Shown here one piece after another: positions 27,166 through 39,567 of a stretch of 64,000 nucleotides of DNA. The stretch's first letter is position 1. Each line of letters opens with the position of its first letter. The notes beneath the pieces are model-generated. The model was not told where the DNA came from and searched no databases. It saw nothing but the letters and a program-made list of their open reading frames with translations. The DNA comes from Octopus sinensis (lineage: Eukaryota): the NCBI RefSeq assembly GCF_006345805.1, contig NC_043015.1, positions 10,354,001 through 10,418,000 of the forward strand, given 5' to 3'. A program made the translations under genes and the position numbers.

Positions 27166-27419
27166 TATTATCATTATCACCATTATTATTATGACATATT
27201 TTATATTCGCTGAATAGATTGGGCTTTTGGAAACATTTCCTAATATCGTGCTACATCATGTATCCCTAGACGCTAAGAAACTAGCTGTCCCGAATAATAC
27301 TGTTTCTAAAACTGTGCTAAACTAGATTTAAAGCCTATCTCCTCTTTCCATCTGTTGAAATATTTAGTAGTTCCTAATACACGGATGCGCATTTTCTATA
27401 GCACTGTAACTGAATGGCT

Positions 27420-27438
27420 AATAATGATAATAATAATA

Positions 27439-27469
<31 letters not shown>

Positions 27470-27538
27470 AATAATGATAATAATAATAATAATTATAATG
27501 ATAATAATATAAGTAGTAGTAGTAGTAGTAGTAGTAGC

Positions 27539-27570
<32 letters not shown>

Positions 27571-27590
27571 CAGCAGCAGCAGCAGTAGTG

Positions 27591-27645
<55 letters not shown>
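27420..27645. repeat. (AAT)n then (TAG)n microsatellite
   Basis: Direct inspection. Confidence 0.95.
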
Positions 27646-27646
<1 letters not shown>

Positions 27647-28352
27647 TTTGATGTTCTGTTGTATTTTATCTTCAAGCCCAACACCGCTTCCTTCTGATCG
27701 TAGTATATAAGCAGATTAAATTATGTTAAGAATATTTTTGAAAACCAAAACGCTAAACAGAGAATATAAGGTATTAAGTTTATTTTGCTAAGATTCTTTT
27801 AGTCTCTCTCTCTCTTTCTCTTCCATCACTGAAAAAAAAACAACAACTTATAAATTTTAAAACACAACAAATACTCAAACTCACATTTTTTATTGACTGT
27901 AGACAAAAGAAATAAACAGAGCAAATTCAATTAGCTAAATACACCAATTTCGCAAGATATAAATAATGATAGTCTAAGCGAAAGCGATACAAATAACAAG
28001 TTCATATACGAATTTTTAGTTCGAGTATAGAAATAGGAAATACTTTCGTACTTCCATCGTATCGTTGAAGTTATCGAGGCAGACTGTGTTAAGGTATACA
28101 CTGCTTATAAGAACAGAGTCAGCCCGGCAGACATGTGTTATGAGAGAAGAAGCATCAGTATATCACACCTTCGTAGAAGACCATGCGTAATGAAAAAAAT
28201 TAAAAAAAGGCTAAGTACGTCTCCATTTCGTCGAGTGTAAGTTACTTTTTCCTACCCACAAAACTGAATGTGCCCGCAGCTAAATATTATCATCAGCATA
28301 ATCACGAATATCATCATCATCACCATCATTATTATTATTATTATTATTATTA

Positions 28353-28401
<49 letters not shown>

Positions 28402-28405
28402 CATT

Positions 28406-28959
28406 GAGTGAGAGAGCAGTTCATGCCATCAAAGTGACACTGGGGTTAAATATACGAAGCCCAACATACCCATCATGACTACCCGTCTGATAAGGGTACA
28501 CCAGGCACATGCATCACAACCATATGTGCGCGACATGGTGATTTCATATCAAGATAAACAGCATATGACCTTGCAGGTGGGGCCCAGTTAGAATTTTCTT
28601 CAGGTTGAGTAGCCCATCCCGCTCAAAAGGTCCCTGAATAAGGGTTGTTTAAGGATGTTGAAAGAACCACCAATGTTTCCAGAGGTGAATTATTCAAACC
28701 CCAAAGAATCCCTCTCAATGCATGGCTATGATACTCCCCCACTACTTCTGCTCATGATCAGAGATGCACATATCGTCAGCAACTAAGGGACATGCGCAAC
28801 TGGTTAAAGTCAAGCAACTGACAAGCAAATCTGTGGTATTAAGCACAGTATTTGCTGTAGCTCATCTTTTATACCAAGACAAAACAATGTACATGATAAC
28901 ACTTCCAATCAGTTAAGATCAGAAGCCATGAGAGCCACTGCCTGGTACTGCATCAGGGC

Positions 28960-28963
<4 letters not shown>
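28406..28963 (-). mobile_element. About 560-bp (AAT)n-associated element, copy B (full length)
   Basis: Plus strand GAGTGAGAGAGCAGTTCATGCCATCAAAG...GGTACTGCATCAGGGCATTT, flanked by (ATT)n at 28311-28405 and 28961-29095. Confidence 0.9.
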
Positions 28964-29019
<56 letters not shown>

Positions 29020-29024
29020 CATCA

Positions 29025-29064
<40 letters not shown>

Positions 29065-30159
29065 CATTATTATTATTATTATTATTATTTTATTATTTAC
29101 ATTTAATCTGCGTGTTTATTGCAAGCAGAGCCCGGAAATGTGTCACTGTAATCCACCTGCGCACCCATAAAGCGATGTTAGTCCGATGGTTCCCTATCGG
29201 CACTTTTCGTATGATAATATATGTTTGAAAACATACACGATATGCAGTGTCCTTCAAATATGACGTGAAGTATGAAGAGAATAATACTTGCCAGCATTAG
29301 AAATATTTTAATCACCTCCTATTTTAATCAATTACAATTTTGTAATGTTCCATGTGTTAAATGTGTTTGCATCCATTGAATCGCATTCCTAAAAAAAAAA
29401 TTGTTGGTGGACTGCATAATCACCGCTTGACACCGTCATTAACGTTATTCGTTTGCAGAAATCCTTCTTCAATTGAAAATTGGCTTCATTTTGATTCCGC
29501 CTCACTTCATCCGGTTGTTTTCCTCCCCTTCTTTTCTCTTCCCATCTTTATGTTATCCACTCTGTCTTTCTACCTCTCAGTCCTATCACTTCTACTTCTT
29601 TAGCAATGCGTCTTTCTCTATATTCCTCTATAGCACTTTTTTCTGTTAGTCTTTTCTGCCTTTCTTCTCTGCGCTTTCTAACAATTAATCTCCTATCTCC
29701 GTATCTCTCTCTTAATTCGCATCTTTTTTCCCTTCTTATGTTTTCTCCTTCCTCTGTCATTGCAAATCCGCAATCAATTTATAATCTTTATAAAGATCTG
29801 CTTTATCCAAAACATTTCTTCCAGGGATTCTGTGAAACGTCGATTTACTTTCACGAAATAGCATCTAAATCTCCTCCACACTTTCAAGAAGCTCTCATGA
29901 TCCTAGAAACAATGTGTTAGAAAATAAAGAAGAAAAAAATTACTTCGCCATGCTGGTCTTTTTCTCAGTGACAACAATGACGTCGTTCCACCAAACATCA
30001 ATCCATCCAAGGTCACTCTTGCTAAGCTAAGAAATGTCACGCTATCACACAGCAAAAATATCTATATAGTCTACAGGGAAGAGAATGTAAGTGACATAAA
30101 AATTAACTATCACTTATTTTTCCGACAATTTATCGTAGTCTAAAATACTGACTGATTTA

Positions 30160-30338
30160 GGCGTAGGAGTGGCTGTGTGGTAAGTAACTTGCTGACCAAC
30201 CACGTGGTTCCGGGTTCAGTCACACTGCGTGGCACATTGGGCAAGAGTCTTCTACTATAGCCTCGGGCCGACCAAAGCTTTGTGAGTGAATTTGGTAGAC
30301 GGAACTGAAAGAATCCCGCCGTATATATGTATATAAAA

Positions 30339-30397
<59 letters not shown>

Positions 30398-30780
30398 ATA
30401 TATATATAGTTAATCCAGACATGAAAGCACAAAAAAAAACACAACGCGAGTACGTGGAACACATATAGTATTATTGGACGCTCAGGAAAGACGGAGGGTT
30501 TAACGTTTCGAGCGGAGCTCTTCGTCGGAAACATACACGCACGTACATATATATATATATATATATATGTACGTGTGTGTATATGTTTGTGTGTCTGTTT
30601 TATCCCCCCAACATCGCTTGACAACCAATGGTGGTGTGTTTACGTTCGCGTAACTTAGCAGTTCTGCAAAAGAGATCGATACAAAGAAGTCCTGGGATCG
30701 ATTCGCTGGAATAAAGTTGTTGTTTCAGCATGGCCACAGTGAAATGACTGAAACAAGTAAAAAAATAAAAGAGAGTAAAA
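30160..30780 (+). mobile_element. SINE family A full-length copy interrupted by (TA)n and a hammerhead mini-element
   Basis: Head GGCGTAGGAGTGGCTGTGTGGTAAG at 30160; 3' body at 30585-30780 (CCCCCAACATCGCTTGACAACC...AAATGACTGAAACAAGTAAAA). Confidence 0.9.
30498..30532 (-). ncRNA. Minimal type I hammerhead ribozyme (Penelope-type)
   Basis: Minus strand GTTT-CCGACGA-A-GAGC-TCC-GCTC-GAAAC-GTT-AAAC. Stem I 4 bp, stem II 4 bp, palindromic AACGTT stem III; core U4 changed to C. Confidence 0.75.
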
Positions 30781-31439
30781 TAGTTACTATCATATCGTTA
30801 AGCCTTCTAATATCATGTGACTCATTTTACGCGTTCGTCGAAATGATTCTGAAAAACACACTATACATTTTATTGCTTTCAAGAATCAGAATATTTTGTC
30901 TTTGATGTTCCGGAAATTTGACAAATTTATCTCTTCTCACTTACCACTTGGTTTCCATAGATATTCTTTCACGATTATGGTTTTATAAGTTTTGCAGACA
31001 AAAGAAGAATAGTTCTTTTGGCGGTGTACGGAGTTGCGCGGCGGGTAAAGTTAAGTTCCGGTTCATTATCTGTAGTTGATGTTGGTCGATTTGTAATAAT
31101 GGCGCCAGAGCCAATGCCTGGTTCTTGTACCATAAACAGAAATGAATGTAGGCGATAAGGCATAGTTCATTGTTACAGTATCGTCAGCGTTGTTTTCGTC
31201 AAGTCGCTAGTCAGTATTTGGTATACTGCCGTCGGTTTCTTTCGAGTTGGTAGTGCAGACGTGAAGCTTCTCAGTCCTCAAGATTTGAATGGGTGCAAGT
31301 TCTGTGGCAGTTTACAATTTGATTGAATCCATTGAAACCTGCATATAAGGCGTTACTTACCATGAGTCTAGTGAAATATATTAGTAAATCACATAGTGGG
31401 AATTCTCTCCATCTCTCTCACAACTCTCGCGCATATCTC

Positions 31440-31535
31440 TTATGTATCTGAGCATCACATCACCTCAACGATATCCACAACTTCTTCATATGATCTGGTT
31501 TGTTGATTCTAAGCATGAAATTTTGCAGAAAAAGA
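31440..31535 (-). mobile_element. Small mariner-like fragment
   Basis: Minus strand AAATTTCATG...GAAGAAGTTGTGGATATCGTTGAGGTG resembles 44535-44605 of the mariner copy. Confidence 0.35.
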
Positions 31536-31759
31536 CGGTAAACAGTTAACTGTTCTTCGAAGTTCGCCTCTGTATTTCTTTCATTCTGTATTCCTTTTAT
31601 TAAAAAAATATTAATCTAATTTTACGTCGAAATAATTCAATTGCTCTATATTAGCATACGTGCGTATTTATGTCACAATTTCCATAATCATACTGAGACA
31701 CGCACACAAACATATCTATATCTATATATAAAGTATCCGAGTATGTATATATATATATA

Positions 31760-31797
<38 letters not shown>

Positions 31798-31840
31798 ATG
31801 TGTGTGTGAGCGAGAGAGAGAGAGACAAATAGAGAGAATG

Positions 31841-31887
<47 letters not shown>

Positions 31888-33529
31888 CAGAGAGAGAGAT
31901 AGAGAGAGACAAATAGAGAATATGTATATATATATATGTGTGTGTGTGTGTTCGTGTGATGCGAAAAATATTGGCCGAAATTATCAAGAATGGGGCACAA
32001 TTCTTCCTTTTTTTGTTTTTAAACTAATCTCTTCATTGATCTTTCGAATCAAATGCAAGCCGGATCTCGTGTGTGAGTTAAATTTAGGAAAGGGAAATAA
32101 TATAAAGTGCATCGTTAATCCATTTTATCATGATCGGCTTTTGCCATTAATCTAAAATGCATTTTATCGTTTTCTTCGAAAGAAGTATTTAATTTACTAC
32201 ACATCGTACTTTTGAACAATTTCTTTAAAATTTTGATGGTATTGTATGTTTTTACTTTATCTAAATTTGGATTACTTCTACTATTTAGTTATATGTCTCA
32301 TTCTTTAATTCATTCTGGGAAATATTAGTACACAGCTTGCGGTAAGTCTATTAATAAAGATTATCGTATTTGTTATAATGTGAAAAGCTGGGTAAAGTCA
32401 CATATTTCTGTAATTTGACAATTCACCCAGGAACTCATTTCAATAAAGTTTATATTTTTATGGCTAATTAGTTGATTAAGTTATTGGGTCTTTTATAGGA
32501 ATGCTGCGATTGCATATAAATGTGTAAAAAAAGAAATTAACTGAAAACATCAAATTCAGATTTTCTCCTCTTCCAGTATTACACAGATCTTTTAAAATGA
32601 AAGAATTATAAAAGATGAAATAGCAAACTCTGAAATTATATAATTAATTTTCGTATTGTTTATTTTTCTCTTACTTTATTTTTATCACTTGGTTGATTTT
32701 CGAAAGGAAAGGCATTGAAGAACGATGTCAAATATTATTGCTGGTTGTAATAAGATATCGTTAATGCATTCCTAGCATATAAAACTAGGAAACAAATATA
32801 TAAAATATTATTTTTAGTGAAATACGAAAGAGAATATATTTCCATCGGTGAAAATGTTATAAGTTAGAACACTTAACGTTTTCGCATCCATTGTCATTAC
32901 ATGGTAATTGCTGGTAACACATTATTCTACTTGAAATATATCAACATTCACGAACATATTCGCCTATAGTGTTCTTCAGTCTATTAATTCAATCTCCTCT
33001 GACATTATAATTTATAGAAATTCTAACAAGTGTCATAACATAGAAACTCCTCATTTGATTTATATTCATTCCTTCTTAAAATACTGACAATGTCACTTAG
33101 TACTGCACATCTGATTTTCTATATGTTTCCTTTATTTTTTTTTACCTTGCACTCAATTTCTCAAATGTCAATTGTCTTCGTTTTCCATACATGGCCAATT
33201 AGTAAATACGAAATATGCGCAGCATCCATGGCAACATATATGAAGTATAGTGTTGAAGAAATTAATCATTTCTTCCACTTCAGTACAAATTATGTGCCAC
33301 AGCGTACTAGTTTATCAAATGTCAACTACGTACGCACAAGAGCTCCAGAAGAGCTAATCAATGATTAATTAAATTTAGCAACAAAATTATAAATATATTT
33401 GCGTACATCTGTTAAAGAGAATCAAGTAACGAATCGAAACTCTTTATTTTTTTTATCACATTTCAATCAGTGGGGAAATCAGTGTCCAATGACTCTTTTA
33501 AAAGAATTCTGAGACTGGTAGTGGGAATA

Positions 33530-33735
33530 AAGTAGTATCGATTTCAAATTTCAGCACAAGGCCAGCAGTTTCAGGGGAGGTTGTAAGTCGATTCTATCGA
33601 ACCCAGCGGTCAACTGGTAGTTATTTTATCAACCCCGAACAGATAACTGTTACAGACGACTGCGACGGAATTTGAGCTCAAGACGTACAGACGGACGAAA
33701 TACCAGTAAGCATTTCGCCCTGCGTTCTAACAATT
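33530..33735 (-). mobile_element. SINE family B (tail type 2)
   Basis: TTTCAGCACAAGGCCAGCAGTTTCAGGGGAGG...AATTTGAGCTCAAGACG...CGAAATACC. Confidence 0.8.
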
Positions 33736-34124
33736 CTGATACATCGTCACCTTCCAGAAGAAATAAATATGAAAACAGAGACATGTTGCGAATACGGATT
33801 TCCTTTAGCTAATGATAACCAAAGTGAAAGATAAATGAGCATTTTGGCAGGAATATCTTAGAGTAAGCTCATTGTTGTTATCTAGCACTAACAATAATCA
33901 GTGTAAATTTATCTTCGAAGAATATACATTGATACTTTAAGGCAATTAGGCAAATATTGTTAGCACAAAAAAATAAGTAAGAGAGAGTGTACAGTTCTCT
34001 CTCATGAGTAATTCAGAAGGTTATGACCATAAATATGTAAAGACTCATTCAATAATGCCGTGATTTTAATGCTTTTATGGGTGCACAGTCGTATTCATTA
34101 TTTTCTACCTTCATTATATTTCGA

Positions 34125-34300
34125 ACGTTAGTACAAGGCAGCATGTTCGGAGAAGGAAACAAGTCGATTTCGACGACGTCAGTGCTCAACCTGTACACGT
34201 TTTATCGAACAGGAAAGGGATGAAAAGCAAAATCGACCTCGGCGACATTTGAACTCAGAACGTGAAGCCATACGAAATGCCGCTCATGGTGCAAACGATT
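34125..34300 (-). mobile_element. SINE family B, left member of an inverted pair
   Basis: GGATGAAAAGCAAAATCGACCTCGGCGACATTTGAACTCAGAACG. Confidence 0.8.
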
Positions 34301-34347
34301 TTATACGTTAGTTCCTTACAGAGCGTATTAATGTTAATGTTTGACAA

Positions 34348-34565
34348 GGCGGAAAGATGACGGAATCACTAGCAGGGCAAGTAAAATGCTTAGCGGCATT
34401 TCGTCCGTGCTTACGATATGAGGTCACATTCCGCCGAGAACCTCTTTCCATTTTATACTTTCGAGGGCGTATAAAATATATTCCATTTGAATATTGTGTC
34501 GACCCAATCAACCTACCCCTATCCTAGTAATTGCTGGCCTTGTGCCAAAATTTGGAACGGATATT
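34348..34565 (+). mobile_element. SINE family B, right member of an inverted pair
   Basis: GGCGGAAAGATGACGGAATC...AAATGCTTAGCGGCATTTCG...GCTGGCCTTGTGCCAAAATTTGG. Confidence 0.75.
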
Positions 34566-35447
34566 AAACACTGATATCGTTATCCGAAGGGCAGATTTTA
34601 ATATTTTAATATCTAAATGCATATTCTTACGAACGAGTTTTTAATGTTAAATACTTCCTGAATGACAATAGGATGGGAAAATTTACAGAGCATAGAAAAG
34701 AAAAGTCAATTTCCTTACATCGAAAGTCCATGTTCTTGCATCGATAAATTAAGAACAAGGCTAAATCTGCGCTTGCTGTTACCGTCTGATATCTTTTGGC
34801 CTTCTGATTAAATTATAATCAAATACATCAAGAGAGATCTGGCTTGACAAGTAATGGAACATCCGGTACAGATAACTCTAATTCATCATGTGGGCGTTTA
34901 TTCTTTACATTCCCTAAACAATTTCGTCAACTGAAATGCTGACTCGTTAACGACTTCACGCTAGTAATAAGGTATTATTTATAAATTAAAGGTATTTCCA
35001 TTAGTCACAGTATTCTATGATTTATCGGAAAATTTATAACATCTAAAAAGTATATAAAATATAATGTGACACTGCAGATGTCTAAGTTACGAATAAAATA
35101 ATACAATATAATAGTCCGGGCACCAAGCTTTGGATACTTGTTTAAATTAGAATATGAAGAAAACTTCACGAAGACGAATTTAAAAAACCGAAGGCTAAAA
35201 TTACTAGATACGATTCTGAAAATACTTCTTCCTATTCGTAGTAAACAAATGTTCTAATTTTCAGAAGCCAAATTCTTTAGAGCCCGTTTCCATAACAAAG
35301 TCATGGGATAGATTTCGATGGTATGCTTCTGTATAGAAGCATATAAACACCTGTATATGTGTTTGTGTGTGTATGTGCGTGTGTGTGTGCGTGTGGGTGC
35401 GCGTGTGCGTGTGTATGTTTGTATGTACTATAACGTGGCAATACATA

Positions 35448-35612
35448 GGTTACGACGACAATGTTTCCAGTAAATGCGATCAATGGAACAACCTGCACGT
35501 GAAATTGACGTGCAAGTCACTGAGCACTCCAAAGATAAGTGTGTCCTTAACGTAGTTCTCGGGGAAATTGACCGTGACACAGAGTCTGACAAGGCTGGCC
35601 CTTTGAAATACA
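35448..35612 (-). mobile_element. 3' body of a SINE, probably family C type
   Basis: Minus strand CAAAGGGCCAGCCTTGTCA...CCCCGAGAACTACGTTAAGG...GGAGTGCTCAG..ACTTGCACGT.AATTTCACG; matches a recalled mollusc SINE 3' segment. Confidence 0.5.
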
Positions 35613-35628
35613 GCAATATATATAGGTA

Positions 35629-35672
<44 letters not shown>

Positions 35673-35879
35673 TTATATATATATACATATATATATTGGA
35701 AGGTTTGGGGATGATGTACAGTTATTACGTATCAGAAGAAATGAGGTACTCAGAAAATCGGATGGTTTATATTTACAGATATTTATTTGTATATTACATT
35801 TTATATATATATATATTATATCACTTAGACCATTAGCGCTTTCTCCAATTCTAGTGGGTTTTCAAATCAAACTAAGTTC

Positions 35880-35928
<49 letters not shown>

Positions 35929-35932
<4 letters not shown>

Positions 35933-37689
35933 CAGTGCCAATGAAAAGCCTCACAGATGCTATATTTCTTGTAAAATTGCTGCACGAGAAATACCTAGCC
36001 AAAGCTAAACCTGGCTTTCGTTGACATGGAGAAAGCATTTGACAGGGTCTCCTGATCCCTTATCTGGGGGTCAATGAGCAAAATAGGGATAGATGAATGT
36101 TTAGTGAGAGTTGTTCAAGCCATCTACAAGGACGCTGTCAGTAAGGCGAGTGTTGGCAACGAGTACAGTGACGAATTCCGGGTAGAGGTAGCGGTCTACC
36201 AAGGTTCAGTCCTCAGCCCCCGCCCCTATTTATCATAGTCCCCCAGGCAATAACAGAGGAATTCAAGACTATGCTGCTGACCTTGATCTAATTGCTGAGT
36301 CAATATCAGAACTATAGGAGTTTCAGATGTGGAAGCAAGGATTAGAATCAAAGGGCCTTAGAGTCAATCTAGCTAAAACCAAAGTCCTAATTAGTAGGAA
36401 GGCAGACAAACCAAAACACCCTTCAGGTAGATGGCCCTGCTCGATCTGCAGAAAAGGCGTAGGTAGAAACTCTATAAGATGTACCCAGTGTAAGTTATGG
36501 ACCCATGCAGCAATATCAAATGAAGGTTAACTGGGAAGATAGTTTCTGCATGTGGCAGATGCTCAACAGCAATAAACACTTAAAATGTGCCGAGAACCAC
36601 TTCCGCCACATTCCAGGGAGAAAAACTAGAAGTAGTTGATAGCTTCCGTTAGCTAGATGACCAAGTCAGTAGCAGGGGAGGGTGTGCTGAAAGTGTAGCT
36701 GCTAGGATAAGAATAGCCTGGGCAATGTTCAGAGAGCTCTTACCTCTGCTGGTGGCAAATGGCCTGTCGCTCAGAGTAAAAGGTAGACTGTATGATGTAT
36801 GTGTAAGAACAGCCATGCTGCATGGCAGTGAAACATGGACCGTGACTGCTGAGCACATGCGTAAGATCGCAAGGAATGAAGCCAGTATACTCCGCTGGAT
36901 GTGTAATGTCAGTGTGCATACACAACAGAGTGAAACTACCTTGAGAGAAAAGTTGGAATTAAGAAGCATCAGATGTGGTGTGCAAGAGAGACGACTGCGC
37001 TGGCATGGTTATGTGGCGAGAATGGATGAGGATAGCTGTGTGAAAAAGTCCACACCCTAGCGTTTGAGGGAACCTGTGGAAGAAGTAGACTCAGGCAGAC
37101 CTGGGATGAGGTGATGAAGCACGACCTTCGAAAATTAGGCCTCGCCGAGGCAATGATTAGTGACCGAGACCTTTGAAAATATACTGTGCGTGAGAAGACC
37201 CAGCAAGCCAAGTGAGACAATTATCTGTGGCTTTTGCCAGGGGTGTAACCAGCCCACTTACCTTTCCTTCATTGGACACTAAACTCAGCTTCTGAAGACC
37301 TGTTGAACTAAGTGAAATCGAAATCGAAATAAAATTCGATCACTGGCATCCGTGCTAGCGGAGCGCTAGAGCACTATTTGAGCGTGAGCGTTTCCACGTA
37401 AGCTGACTGGCTTCCGTGCTGGACTGTCTCCTGAGCAGGTGGCACGTAAAAAACACCTTTTGAGAATGGCCGTTGCCAGCACGGCTTGACTGGCCCGCGT
37501 GCTGGTGGCACGTAAAAACACCCACTACACTCTCGGAGTAGTTGGCGTTAGCAAGGGCATCCAGCTGTAGAAACTCTGCTAGATCAGATTGGAGACGGAT
37601 GCAGCCATCTGTTTCGCCAGTCCTCAGTTAAATCGTCCAACCTATGCCAGCGCGGAAAGCGGACGATAAACGACGACGATGATGATGAT
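35929..37689 (+). mobile_element. RTE (BovB-like) LINE, 5'-truncated: RT, C-terminus, 3' UTR, (GAT)n tail
   Basis: FVDMEKAFDRV, YQGSVLSP, CSICRKGVGRNSIRCTQCKLW, RLYDVCVRTAMLHGSETW, RRLRWHGYVARMDEDSCVKK; frameshifts and stops; ends CGACGACGATGATGATGAT. Confidence 0.95.
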
Positions 37690-37739
37690 CACACACACGC
37701 ACACATGTATATATTTAAATACATATATAGATACACGTA

Positions 37740-39004
37740 CACACAGTTTGCAATGGGTAAATCGTCACCATTTTATATTCCTACTTTTGCGTCTGTGCAT
37801 TGTCCGTTTTTCGGTTTCGTCGACTACACAGTATACTAGGGTCAGTTGGGCACCGTATGTGAGAAAACACCATGACTCAATTCACTATGGCAGAAATTTG
37901 GAGATGTCATTCTCTTGTCCTTAAAATTCGCGCCGGAAGCTCCAATACGAACATTTCAGAGTGTCTAGGTGTCAAACTGAAGACATCGTAACGAATTCGG
38001 AAAGTGCTGATTGAGTCTAATACTGATTACAAATGTACGGCACCTCAGAAATCTTACTCTGATCGTTCTGATAAGAAAAACCTCCTGAATCTGTTGGTGA
38101 GATCCAGGCCATGCTTGATAACGATCCCTCCATGTAAAACAGGTCCATCAGCAAGGACATTGGAGATTCTTAGTTTCGTATCAGTGCACATATGCATTCT
38201 GTATTCCTCATAGAAGATAAGAAAGGGCCAATTTGTATCCAAATCCATCAAGGACGGAAGAAAATACCACACTACGAAGCTTTTCAGCAAATCCAAGTTT
38301 CCCTCAATCCGAACGTGCTTTCGTTATTCTGAGACGATAAAAAATTTGCCTGGATCAGTTGGTGAACACACAGAACAACCATTACCTTGCTGTATCACCC
38401 CAAAAATCTATCGAGAGTGACAAAAACCAAACATTCAATCATCATCACTAGTGATGGCGACGTTATGCCTCCATTCATCTTCCCACACGGCCTCACACTC
38501 AACACGGAGGCCTACATCAAGTGTCTGACGAAGACAGAATTGCCCTGGACCAAGAGGGTGGTTGTTGGAAGACCCTATGTCTAGCAACAGGACACTGCAC
38601 CATGTCACAGAAGCAAGAGGACCCAGTTAGCTGTCAGACAATTTCTGTGACCACGTCACCCCTAACATATGACCACCTAACTCCCCACACTGCAAACACC
38701 TTGATTATTTTATGTGAAGCGCAGTTGAGCGAATGACCAACAAATCTCCTTGTAACACCAAATATGAATTGAACACAAGGATTACAGCAGCATTCACCAA
38801 CAGAAACATGGTGGGTGTCCAGAAAATTTACAGTTGATTCGGAAGTCGTCTGGAAGCTGCGGTTGAAACCAATGGCAATATTATTTAATAAATTTACCCT
38901 TCAGTATTTCAAGATATGTTTATGCAATTCTGGTACATATGAAATGTTCAACGTTATTTATATATTTGCGTAAATTAGTCAATTTATTCACCGAACCCTC
39001 GTTA
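37740..39004 (+). mobile_element. Tc1/mariner DD37D (maT)-type transposon relic
   Basis: ITSDGDVMPPFIFPHGLTLNTEAYIKCL, RPYV*QQDTAPCH, DNFCDHVTPNI*PPNSPHCKHLDY, RFGSRLEAAVETNG. The D-to-D spacing of the family consensus is 37 residues; degraded TIR-like ends at 37740 and about 39000. Confidence 0.85.
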
Positions 39005-39087
39005 TACATACATACATACATACATACATACATACATACATACATACACACATACATACATATACACACACACACACACACACACAT

Positions 39088-39156
<69 letters not shown>

Positions 39157-39242
39157 CTGAAATTTACGGAAAAAAGACGAAAATATGTGTATGAACAACG
39201 AGCAAGTGTATTGATTTGACGCTCGGGGAAACTGAAAATGTC

Positions 39243-39276
39243 GTTTATATTTCGAACCTACGCTCTTCAACAGAAA
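39243..39276 (-). ncRNA. Degenerate minimal hammerhead inside an about 180-bp mini-element (39155-39335)
   Basis: Minus strand TTT-CTGTTGA-A-GAGC-GTAG-GTTC-GAAAT-ATA-AAC; core and stem III are mutated. Confidence 0.55.
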
Positions 39277-39484
39277 GTAATAAGGGAAAATAAACAGAGA
39301 AAGAATGAAAAAAAACGTGTAGATTTCAGCGGTCATGTGTGCGCACATGAGAGAGAGAGAGTATGCATACATGCATGCATGCATACAAACGTGTGTACAT
39401 GCATATATATATATACACATATATATGCTTATAAGCATATATATTTATGCATGTATATCCCTATATATATTTGCACAGATATAC

Positions 39485-39567
<83 letters not shown>

